From Selaginella moellendorffii (lineage: Eukaryota > Plantae > Lycopodiophyta): a DNA stretch of 63,973 nucleotides. The position numbers and the translations under genes are program-made. Below are positions 36,080-47,642 of this stretch, one piece after another. The stretch spans positions 987,663 through 1,051,635 of the forward strand of contig NW_003314280.1 of assembly GCF_000143415.4 (NCBI RefSeq), in the 5' to 3' direction. Each line of letters opens with the position of its first letter. Position 1 is the first letter of the stretch. The notes below the pieces were generated by a model, which was not told the DNA's origin, ran no database searches, and was given only the letters and a program-made list of their open reading frames with translations.

Positions 36080-36810
36080 AAGAACCAGTATATGCTCCTG
36101 TGTGGGGAACGATTTGTGAAGGCCCCTTGTAAAGTGCTGCGTGAGGCGTTCATTTTGGCATACATCAAGGATCCTAAGGCTCTTGCGTCGCTTGAGGATT
36201 TTGAAAGCGAGGAAGATGTTGAAATGGTTCTATGGTTGAGGACTGAGACGGTGCACATAGTTGTGGACTATGCGAACTTGATGGTTTGCGATCGAAGTAA
36301 GAGCCTTTGGTCGCAAAGGTGAAGGCTCCGGTTCCCAGGCTGTCACAAACAACCACCCAAACGTTGGTGTGTTATCCAGGGAGATTCCGAAGAAGCTTCA
36401 GTAGGAAAACTTCCGAGTTTAAATTCAGTCCGGTTTTGTGTTTGTTTCTCGCTCTGCAGGAGGATGAAGCTGTCGCTTACTTGAAGCATACATCAGGCAA
36501 AACCGAAGAGGTGTGTCAATTACGTGCAAGGAGGATCCATCATTATACTGGCTGGGTGCCGGGGCTGCTTTCGCAATACCTGACGAAAAAATGCGTAGTC
36601 AAGCAGACTAGGAGACTGTTTCGGATGCTTTGCATTCGGACGACGAGGTTCTCACAGCTGTCGCAGAAGGGCGTTTGAAATACGAGCTGTCAGATGCTTT
36701 GGATTCCGGGTGCTACTTCTGAGGGCAAGATGGCAAGGGCCGCTGCTTGGCACCATCAATGCTGCATGGCCGCTAGAGAAATCCTCGATTTCATTCGTTA
36801 TGAAATATCA
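36080..36810 (+). pseudogene. Unidentified coding remnant, weak resemblance to Crinkler-associated NTPase-type proteins
   Basis: Protein-like frames including IHHYTGWVPGLLSQYL and G..CCMAAREILDFIRYE. The resemblance is from recall only. Confidence 0.25.
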
Positions 36811-36829
36811 ATTAAATTCCTTTCACATA

Positions 36830-39248
36830 TGCACGTGACGTGGCAATCTTGGCTTATGTGGCAAGTGATGTGCCACATCACTTGCCGGAGGACACTTGGT
36901 TTTTTTAATTTCTTTTTCTTTCGTCTAAACTTTGCTATGCAGGTTACTTTGGGAACGCCTAAGTCGATTACAAACAATAGATGGCCTTCTCTTGGTACGA
37001 ATTGGAAGGCAGAAGAGTACATAAAGTTTGTCCTGCTACAGACGACAGTTGTGGCTCTCGAAACAGAGACTCGCTGGAGGCTCTGGAGGAGAGAGGCAGC
37101 ATCCAGGTATTGAAATCCAGTACCTCCGATCTGATCTTTTGGCCACCATGGCGATTCCAAGTCCTTAGCTGCCGCTGCATGCTCTGCGGGTATTGGAGCT
37201 CCGATCAACATTGCTGATGAAGAGGTGGATTGCGATGAAGAGGTGAATGAAGAGGTGAATCTGGATGAAGAGGTTTTAAATGTGGTGACCAAGCAGGATG
37301 CCGGTGATGCAAATTCCTGACAACAAAAGTTGGAATTTCATATTTCTACGATAAGAACAGGTTTTGTTTGTGATCATGACAATCTCGTCCATACTCATAT
37401 TTTTATGCAGGTATCAACTCAGATTTCCTCCTGTAAAGAGAACGGCCCAGGAGATGCTAGCAGCGATTGATCAATCAAAAAATACAAAGGACTTGACAAA
37501 AGTAAAGAGGACATACTAACAGCTGCTGGACTGAGTGGAGAGTCAATCTTATGGAGGCTCCATCATCTATACTCCTTCAATCCTATCTCAGTTTCTCATA
37601 GATCCCATGCGCCGACTTTGCTTGAACCTTTTCAAAATATTTTGCGATTACTTGCTTTCGCTCACGACCATGAAGGATGGTATTGATTCTGCTCTGGAGA
37701 AGGTATGATCCTTGGTTTTTTTATTTCTTTTTCTTTCGTCTAAACTTTGCTATGCAGGTTACTTTTGCAGCGCCTAAGTCGATTACAAACAATAGATGGC
37801 CTTCTCTTGGTACGAATTGGAAGGCGGAAGAGTACATAAAGTTCGTCCTGTTACATACGACAGTTGTGGCTCTCGACACAGAGACTCGCGATATTGGTTG
37901 TATAATCATGGACATAGCACATCTCTGCTTTGTGAATTCGAAAGTCTATGGCTGGAGCAACGCCGATCGTACCACAGTTCAGAGGCTTTTAGTAGCTGCA
38001 AGAATAAAAAATCCTGGATTTGGTGCCACGACTGGAGCATTGCAGCATATGATTGGTGTGTTTGAGACCTTCTCCTGTTAGTGCTACAATGAATGTGTTT
38101 TCTTTTTACCAGGTGTGGAACTAGTCAATGATATTTCTCGACATGGTAGTCATTTGAGGTATTGGAGCTGGGAGTTTGAGAGGTGTGTTAAAACGTTTCT
38201 CAAAGTTCCGCCTAACAACAAGGACGAAGAATTATCACACTTTACTATGCTCGCATGACATAAGAAACTAGACGAAGATCAGGTGTGTTCTAGCTTTCTT
38301 GAGTGTGTTTTGCTTAGCTTTTACCATCTAACTCCTACAGCTTATACCGTCCAATCGAAACTCTAGACTTTATCAAAACTCCGTGATAAAGCCTGACGTT
38401 CCAAGCAAGCTGATCACCACTAGTTGTTTGAAGACATCGTCGATTGTTAAAGCTCGTGAGCTCTGGGAGCAAGGACGAAACATTTCTGATGAGATTTCTT
38501 TGCACCTGCTTGTAAAAGGTAAGAAAAACACTGATGTTTTAGACTGACTTCCAATCTAAATGCTTTCAGGCGTAGTTATTGGGAAGGCAGTTTTGGAATT
38601 CAGAGTTATTCCTGGCGTTTCAAGCGGTCCAAGTTTTTAGAAAGGTCTTTTACGAGCAGCGAGCAGCAGCGAGCAGTAGGAAGCAGCAATGAGCAGCAGG
38701 GAGCAGTAGGGAGCAGTAGGGAGCAGCAGCAGGCAGCAGCAAGCAGCAGGGAGGAACTTGGCAGCGCACTCCAGATGGCGCCAGCCAGGCATGAGATGAC
38801 GATGAGCATGGAGTTGGCGGTGGACAAGGTGCTCAGCCTGAGGTGCTAGCAGGAGGAGAGCAGTGGCAAGGTGGTGGTGGCAGAGGAGGAGGAGCCTGAT
38901 GTGGCTCAGCAGCTAGCAGCAGCAAGTGAGCCAGCAGCAGTGAGCAGCCCAGCAGCAGTGAGCAGCCAGCAGTAGAGAGCGGCACAAGCAGCAGCAGCGA
39001 GCTAGCTTGTAATTGAGCAAATCAATTCAATTAACGATTCAGATTTTTTTGATGATGTGGCATTTTATTGTCCACATAGGTAGTGATGTGTTAATTTAAT
39101 GTGGCAATAGGCAATGTTATTGTGTAATTTAAAATTTTCACATATAAAGCTAAAATTAATTATAAATGAATTTGTGATGAAGTTTTAAAAAATTCATAAG
39201 TGTTTCATTTTAATTTCATTCATTGTGATAATTAATTTTTCTCTAGTG
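36830..39248 (+). mobile_element. CACTA/CMC-superfamily DNA transposon remnant (right end TAGTG at 39244-39248; left end not located)
   Basis: Spliced transposase-like frames (DPMRRLCLN, WKAEEY, DISRHG..YWSWEFERCV). (GAT)GTGGCA subterminal-type motifs at ~36835-36886 and 39050-39110. The terminus reads CACTAGAGAAAA on the minus strand. Confidence 0.6.
38635..39003. repeat. Low-complexity (GCA/CAG)-rich tract
   Basis: Direct reading. Confidence 0.85.
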
Positions 39249-39691
39249 GGCAACACAAGTTTACTTTTATTCTAGCCCTATATTTCCATGGGGAATGAAA
39301 ACAAACAAGATTTTCAAGATGGTGTTAGTTATATTGTTATAACATTGATGCCAACCATATAAAGCGGGTTAAAGACACTATAGTGACTAAATCTAATGCA
39401 ATATCTAAAGAATGGTTAATTGTTAATATGGTCACACTCACCTTAGATGAGATTGAAAACCTTGAGAAATCCACTTTCAATCTTGAAAGGAGAGTTGGAG
39501 ACATGAGTGACAGAACTAAGATTATTCCCATAAAGCTGTATAAAAAACTAACAAAAGAAGGTAAGGTAGTTAAATTTATTGATACTATCTCCAAGCAGAA
39601 GTAAGGTTAAATAAGTTATGCTTAAATGAGATTCTCTACATGAAGTACATCACTGCGCTTGCAAAGGAATATATAGTCAAAATAGATGGTG

Positions 39692-39820
39692 GAGTACACA
39701 ATTGCCATTCAAGACTTTCCTTCTTGCATATGTTTAGACTTTATGAAGTGCGAAGAATATGGGAAGGCATATACTCTTTACAAGCATATGTATTACATCT
39801 TTATTAATATCTTACACTAG
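39692..39820 (+). pseudogene. SWIM zinc-finger remnant
   Basis: YTIAIQDFPSCICLDF...YTLYKHMYYIF matches CxC..CKH with the third Cys changed to Tyr. Confidence 0.6.
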
Positions 39821-40254
39821 AATTCTAAAATAGATATTAATATATACTAAGCAAGCTTTACTATTGTTGAGTTGCAGAAAACTTTTGGAGCTAACTAAAT
39901 TTTCTAAGACTATCAATGTTTATTCTCTATCAATAATATAAACTTATTATACTTTATATAATTAATTTTTTTTTTCATTTTACTTTTCATTTGATATACT
40001 TGCAAGTGTTCTTCTGTAATACTACCTATAGTATTCGTGTGTCTTTACCATCTCAAAAAATATTTCATGGTAGTTTTTCGGGTGTGTGATGTTGGATGTA
40101 TCGCGAAAGCATATATACTATCATATTGATCATCGTTATTGTTTCCTTCAGAAGCCAGAAACATATAGGGCATTTCTTGAAAGTCACAAAATTGCAGTTC
40201 TTTAAAACAAGTAAAAAAACTTTTTTTTTCACCCAATTTGTAGTGCCCTTTGTT

Positions 40255-41023
40255 TGTAGCGCATGTGATTTTTACCCTCTATCATATGGTGATTTACCAT
40301 AGGATAACCACGAAGCGGAACCTAAACCTTCCATGTGCCACATGTCACATGCCACGTGCCATGTGTCACATGCCATATGCTACATGTCCAAAGGATAGCA
40401 AAGTGGAATTTGAGTTTTAGAGCCTTGGGCCACTGAATGAAGGAACGGAGCTAAACTCTAAAGCATGGAGCTAAGAAGCAATAGAACCAAAGCATAGAGT
40501 GACTCTCGAGCATTCAGTTTAAAAAGTGAAGGGACATGAGCACAGAGTGATTTAGAATAGTCCTAGAGCATTCAACATCCCAATGCCAAGACCAATATGC
40601 AAAATGGAGCCAAATGGAGTCTGACACTATTTTAGCATATTAGTGGCCTAATGTGAGGATATAAGTATTCCACCAACTAGCATGGTATGAACTTGGGCTT
40701 AGACCCAAGTTGGACGTAGAACAAGGATAGACACAAAAATGGGAGTTAGACTATACCTTAGGTTGATCAGCCATGCCCACTATTCCTACTATATATTTGG
40801 AACCCCCTATAAACCCCCTCCCCCCTGAAGAACACACACTTTGGGCTTCCATCCTTAGCCATCCTTAGTACTAGGAGTTAGTCTCTAAGACCAACTCAAA
40901 ACTTACTAAATATGGAATGTCCCTAGATTGTGAATTTGGATATGGGACGAACACTATTGTGCTCAGGACAATCTCTACATTTCGTAGATATGCCAAATTA
41001 ACAAATTTAAACACTTTCCATAA
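40255..41023 (-). repeat. Family B LTR, truncated by insertion of element C
   Basis: Matches 58963-~59717. Begins TGTAGC with no adjacent PBS. Confidence 0.85.
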
Positions 41024-41026
41024 TTA

Positions 41027-41507
41027 TGTGAGACACAAAATCCCTAGGCCCCAAAGTGGAGCCGGAAGGGTGCCATGTGGTAGTGGCCAAAAAGAAAGCC
41101 AAACTAGCATAGCACGTTTGGACTAAAAGCTCTGACTTAATAGGTCAAGAGCGGGAGTGGAACTCCTAACAAAGTGCTCGAGGAATGAGCACGGAGCAAG
41201 CAATAAGCAAGGCTCTAAACAGGGACCCAAAAAGGACTAACACATGACACGTGGAAGAGTCCGAGATGGAGTCCAAGACGGAGTCCGAGATGGAGTCCGA
41301 GATGGACCCGAGATGGAGTCCAAGATGGACCCGAGATGGAGTCCGAGATGGACCCGAGATGGAGTCCGAGATGGACCCGAGATGGAGTCCGAGATGGAGT
41401 CCGAGATGGACCCGAGATGGAGTCCAAGATGGACCGAGACGGAGTCCGAGATGGAGTCCGAGAAGGACCCGAGATGGAGTCTGAGGTCGAGACCGAGACC
41501 GGGACCT

Positions 41508-41559
<52 letters not shown>

Positions 41560-44500
41560 TGGGACCGAGACCGAGACCGAGACCGGGACCGAGATCGAGA
41601 CCGGGACCGAGATCGAGACCGAGACCGAGGCCCAGGCCGAGTCCGAGCCCGAGTCTGAGTCTGAGTCCGAGTCCGAGTTCGAGTCTGAGAGGGTGAAAGC
41701 CCAAAGCGTTTGTCTCCCAGACCCTAGGGGGTTTGGTGAGCTCCAAAAGTATAGTAAGGGGGAGGATTGCAGTGGAGCCAATTTGGCCAGGAAAGGTCAG
41801 TTTGGCCCAGGAAGGCTAGACCCAGTGTTGGGAGATGAACTGACCACTGGGAAGTTCAAGACTAGAGTGAATACGGACCGACAAGCAGGGTAGCTTGGTG
41901 AAGTGTTCAAGAGCCGGCTCTAGTTCCCCCGGGAGATTGACTGGCCGATGCTCCCAGTCCAAGTGTGGGTGGCACTACCTACTTGGATACCTGGTGTGGC
42001 TCAACGGAACTTCGCTCTAAGCCCATGGCTAGAGCACCTAAAGGCAGAAGGTGGGGAGAGTACCCACAAGGCTCGCGTAGGGCCACGGTGTTCCGAAATG
42101 TTGTCCCGAAGTCCCAAATGGGGAAAGGAGGAGGAGCGGTCCTCTAGTGTAGTGACTACGGATACAGTCACATGGTGAGGAAGTCCCAGAGGACAAAGGG
42201 ACTTAGTGGCCGAGCCTGTGGGCCTTAATCTAGTGGCAGTGTTGGTGAACATGGCCATGGATGGAAAAGGGACTTGGTAGGAACTGACAAAGGGATGTTA
42301 GGGAAGGCTATTCCCCATGTCTATGGGCATCCCAAGGATGCTAAGGAGTGGATCTGGGATGACCACTCGTGGACAGATGGCCCAGTCTTGGAGAGACGGG
42401 ATTGTGACACAAGTGGTATTGGACCACCAATACGGCAAAGATGAATGGGCATGGCCTTAGCGTAACGGGCCGAGATGTCAGTGGTACCTTTGGGTGTCGG
42501 TCTTGGGACTGGACACGTGGAGCACTTGGGCCAAGCGTAAGGGAGGAGTGGCATGGATGCCATTCTCAGTACTAGCAAGCCCCAAGTCCTGAATTAGACT
42601 CAAGGAGGTTGTGAATGAGACTCCTCCAAGTGGTCAGAGATGTGGTTAAGTGACTAAAGTAGAATGGAAAATTTAGTCGCTTACAATTTGGTATCGGAGC
42701 TATTCTTTAGTCCGGCTTTTATTGGTGCTGAAGTATATCACGACGAGTGTTGGCATCGGAAGGTCCTAGTGGGCCTATTTTTGAGGAGTAGCAAGTCGGG
42801 AAGACATGGCTCTCCACTACAGTTCACGGGTGAACTTGTAGGCAAGGTGGTGGATAGAAAAAGGCCAATAATGGAATGACTTTGGGATCTTGGGAACAGT
42901 GTAAGGCTTTCCTCATTGAGTGAGGATGTGATCCAGATGAGCGTTTGATGTAGCAAACGGGCTAACATACTTGTGGTAAACAACTATAGTTGGGATCACG
43001 GGAAAGATGCAGACTCCAAAACAATAAAGGAGTCACAAGATTACCCTCACATAGTTGAGGCTAGTGCTCATAACTTTAAGACCGGAATTGATGACCATGG
43101 AAGGTCAAATACAAAAGAGGACACAAGTCCTCGAAATGGTAACCGGGGCTACCTCTAATAAATGCTGGAACAACCCAAGGAGTTAGGGGTGTACTCAGAG
43201 GATGAGTTGGTATTCTCATCACATGGACAAGTGGTCATAAGGGGCAAAAGGTTGCCCCAAGAGAACAAATCAAATGTCAGAGTAACACTTGCAAAGATGG
43301 TCCTTGTGAGTAGGACTTAAATACAATAAGTTGTATTCCAGTGAGTTAGCACCTCAAAGGTAAGACCTCACGGGTCGACGGATGATAAAGTCCAAAAAGC
43401 TGGATGACTCAAATAAGAGTTAAGGAATAATCCTAAGGGATTGGTTGAAACATTTGGACTGAGGTGTATGGTGCCCCATGAGGTATAGAGAGGATTATAA
43501 GATCCAAGTATGAGAACAATAGGTATCTCATTGATAGCAGAATGTGCCATACTAAAGTTGTGGGAAAGATGTTCTCAGAAGAAAGCAACTTTGGCCCAGA
43601 GTTGGGTGCAAACACTATGGTGCGGTGCTAACGGATAGTTAGTATGAGGAACAACCATATTGGTCTTGGCAAAGACCTAGACACTAATAAGTAGTGTCAT
43701 AAGGATAGGCTCATGGGGCCAATGGTGTGGAGACACCAAATGTGCCAATATGTGATACCTTGAGGTTATGTTGGTGGGTTCATAAGAACCCCTTGCCAAA
43801 GGGAATCCCAATAGAAATGGGAATGGCATAACCTAAGCTGGAAGGCATGTGGTAGAGTGTGGTGACCAAAACAATGATGGAGGTGTGGAAGCACCAGCAA
43901 TGGGTTATAGGACTTGACAACTATGAGGCAATTAAGCAAAAGGTGCAAGATAATTTGTTAAACTGGTAAAAGGTAGTTACCCAAGACTTCTTAATGGCAT
44001 AAGGAAGTTAGACATACCCTTATAGGGGATAAATTGCTTATGTTGTGATATAATAAGTCAATGTTGAAAAGGGGAATGCTCATTGTCAAAGAGGCCATCA
44101 TTGGGACACCCAAACACTCTAGAACACCCGGAGGTGGTGTTTGATGTCGCGAGGGCAATAGATAAGGCCCAAGGGACTAAGTCCCTAGTGAATGATGGAT
44201 AGAAAGTGCTATCCAAATGTCCAAGGTTGCGAAGATGGGAGAAGACAGTGTACCCGAATTGGACAAAGCCAAAAATAGAATTTTGGCAAGGCTAGTGATG
44301 GGCATGTAAGGGCCCATAAACAACAACGTTAATCCCGGTATGTGGGATTATAAAGTGAGCATACCTGGATTGAGGAACCACTCCCTAGGCTATCGAGTTG
44401 GTTCATCCCTAAGAATATTTGCTAAAGCATGATAGAAAGTGCAAAGCTATCCTCCTAGTCTGGAGGAGAATGACCGAAGGAAATGTGTGAGGCCAAAAGC

Positions 44501-47110
44501 AAGTAGTGAAGGGATAGAACCAAACCATAGGAATCGAAGAGCATGACCAAGGTTGATTATGTCAGTTGGGAGTGGAGAATCAAGTGGGCGCTCGAAGCAT
44601 GTTGTTACTAGCAACCGTGGGTCATGAAGAGTCTAGAGCATGGAATTGTCTATACTAGGCTATATGGCAATTGGAAAGCTTGCGAAAGGAGAGGCCTAAG
44701 CAAGCTAAGGGACAAAGTCCCTTCAAGGTTCCCAAGGACAATTCTAGGTAGCTTAATACCTAGAAAGCCAAGCATAAATGGTTCCTAAAGCACGCGAAAT
44801 TAGAGTGGCGCAGTAGAAGCATGATCTTGAAGCTAGCCATGAGGCGAGGCTATCAAGGTTGGGGAAGTGGTTCCCGAGTGTTTAAAGAGAGGGTTTTGAA
44901 CAAAAGTCAATGGTTAAGGACTTTCATGCTTATGCATGAACCATGTTACGGGGGCTGGATGACTTGCTAAGTGAGATTGGCAAACTAGGGGGACAAATCC
45001 CTTAGTGGAAGGTGCTAACTTCAAAAAGGGTGGCCCATGGGGCCGAGCATGGAGGAGTCCATGCATGATCACAGACTTGTCAAGTGAGAGGACTTGGCAG
45101 TGCGGAGGAACTAGGTTCCTAAGCTGTGATCTATAGCGCGCTTTAACTATAAGTTGGTGCACCGGCGTGGGGAGTCACGCCAGGCATCTTGGATGATGCC
45201 TTCTGTAGATGCATATACGGAGGTTGGGTTCGAGTCTCAACCCTCTAGTGCTTGGGTTCGAGTCCCAAATCACTAGGGCATGGTGATGGTTTGGAATATG
45301 AGGACACTCATATTTTGGTGGTCATGGACTCTCAATGAGGAGATTGGCTTGGGCACACCGCCAAGCGGGGGATGCCCCGGAGTCGTGATGCATGGTTAGA
45401 TTGCTTAGAGTGAAAGCTTGGCATATCTAACTTGAACACTTTGGTGCAAAGGGCACCAATGACGTGGTGAATGAGATGGGGGCACCCAATCTCAGTTGCT
45501 ATGGATCCTTGGCCGAAAGAGCTGGCTTGGGCGCACTGCCAAGTGTGGGGGATGCCCCCGGGGTCATAGTCAACAACTTAGAAGGGTCTGGAAGACCTAG
45601 TTCCTATTGATAAACCTATTAAAGGGTCAAGATGAGATCACTTGGCTAAACAAGGACAAAGTCTTTGTTTGGGTTAAAGAATATGATTCCTAGTTCAAAG
45701 TGTTGATTTAAACTATTGATAAAGGTGTGGCTTGGTCAAGGTGACCAAGTGGGAAGAACACCTAAGGGAGGTGAGCTATGTCAATGCTATAGCATAGTAA
45801 GTTCGAGAAAAGTAGTCTTTATAAGAGATCCAAGGGAGGGTCTCAAAAAGTTGGGCTGTGGATAGAGCCCACAGCAGAAAATGTTAAAAAGACGTACTAA
45901 GGGTGAACACCCTTTGGACTTGACAAAGCAAAGTGTTTGCTATGGAACTGAAAGGAAACCTCGAAAATGGAGGTAAAGATCCTATGTTGTTGGGTGCAAC
46001 AATCAAGGATAGGAGCAAAAGACTAGTGGCTAAGAAAAGAGCCATGGGAATCATGGGAAAGAAACCAAATGGCAAAGTTAGGCCGAGAACACTAACGTGT
46101 TGGGTGCTAACAGATTGTGGGAAAGGCAATGTTTCCCCAAGGATGGATTCCCAACCGCTCCGATTTGGCAAAAGGTGGATGCTCCAAAGGGGGGAGCGGT
46201 AAAGTAGCCAAATAATAGGGTTGTGGGCAGCCCTAGCACCAANNNNNNNNNNNNNNNNNNNNNNNNNNNNNNNNNNNNNNNNNNNNNNNNNNNNNNNNNN
46301 NNNNNNNNNNNNNNNNNNNNNNNNNNNNNNNNNNNNNNNNNNAGCAATGTAAGGGTGTCGGAGACATCTAGAAAATTGACTCTGAGAAGTCAAAATTAAA
46401 AGTTCCAAACTGCAAAGGTCATGTTGATAGAATTTGAGACTACTTGAGAATGAGTGGTGGAATTGGGTTAGAGAAGGGTGTCTTTAATGGGTTTAGCGAG
46501 AACTGAACCAATAAAAGGGAGCAAACCACCCCAAGTGGTCAAGTGAGTCTCTAGGTTGGAGAGACTATGCTCCTTAGAGGATGGACAAGGCATGGTGAGC
46601 CTTCGGGGTCAAACCATAGACAAATATTGGCTGGGTGCCAAGAATGGAAATGGTAATACCTGCGGGTGTTACTTTATAAAAGGGTTTACCGTTTGATGAG
46701 GACATCGAACTTCATCTATGGGTGGTGGAGTTGTGAGACACAAAATCCCTAGGCCCCAAAGTGGAGCCAGAAGGGTGCCATGTGGTAGTGGCCGAAAAGA
46801 AAGCCAAACGAGCGTAGCATGTTTGGACTAAAAGCTCCGACTTAATAGGTCGAGAGTGGGAGTGGAACTCCCAACAAAGTGCTCAAGGAATGAGCACGAA
46901 GCGAGCAATAAGCAAGGCTCTAAACAGGGACCCAAAAAGGACTAACACATGACACATGGAAGAGTCCGAGATGGAGTCCGAGGTGGACCCGAGGTGGAGT
47001 CCAAGATGAAGTCCAAGATGGAGTCCGAGAAGGACCCGAGATAGAGTCCAAGATGGACCCGAGATGGAGTCCGAGATGGAGTTCGAGATAGACCCGAGAT
47101 GGAGTCCGAG
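41027..47110 (+). mobile_element. Degenerate Ty3/gypsy element (family C): 5' LTR 41027-42685, PBS 42689-42700, PPT ~46718-46731, 3' LTR starts 46732
   Basis: TGTGAGACAC start repeated at 41027 and 46732. ...GCTTACA-ATT-TGGTATCGGAGC junction. Internal region has no long ORF. Confidence 0.8.
45164..45575 (+). ncRNA. Structured RNA module homologous to 1915-2165 (3' half duplicated at ~45475-45575)
   Basis: Same order of hairpins. GGGTTCGAGTCTC at 45226 and GGGTTCGAGTCCC at 45254. Confidence 0.6.
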
Positions 47111-47642
47111 ATAGGGGGGTTTAGGAACTGTAGGGGGTTCCAAATGTATAGTAGGGATAGTGGGTAGGTTGGGCATGGTCGACCAACCTGAGGCATAGTC
47201 TAGCTCCCGCTTGCATGCCTTTCCTTGTTTTGCGTCTGGCTTAGGTCTAACCCCAAGTTCCACACCATGCTAATTGGTGGAGGACCCATGTCCTTGCGTT
47301 AAACCACCGATATACCGAAATAGCGCCAAACTTTATTTGGCTCCGTTTTGCATGCTGGTCATGGCAAAGGGATGCTAGTTGCTCTAGGACTGTTCCAAGT
47401 TGCTCCAGGCTCCTATCCCTTCATTCCTTGGGCTTTATGCTCAGGAGTTGCTATGTGGTCCGGTTCCGTTGCTCCTTGGCTCTATGCTTAGGAGTTTGGC
47501 ACCATTCCTTTGTTTAGTGGCCGAAGGCTCTGAACCTCGGGTTCTGCACCATTGTCCTTTGGACATGTGGCATAAAAAGGGTTTAGGTTCCGCTTCGTGG
47601 TGATTTACCATAAGATAAAGGGTAAAAACCACGTGTGCTACA
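46732..47642 (+). repeat. Chimeric LTR (family C 5' part, family B 3' part)
   Basis: 46732-47110 matches 41027 onward. About 47130-47642 is the reverse complement of 58963-~59500. Followed by PBS TGGTATCAGAG at 47645-47655. Confidence 0.85.

Noticed and set aside
38470-38495. Hammerhead-like words GACGAAAC and CTGATGAG
   Set aside because: Spacing leaves no room for stems I and III, and it lies in transposase-like sequence.
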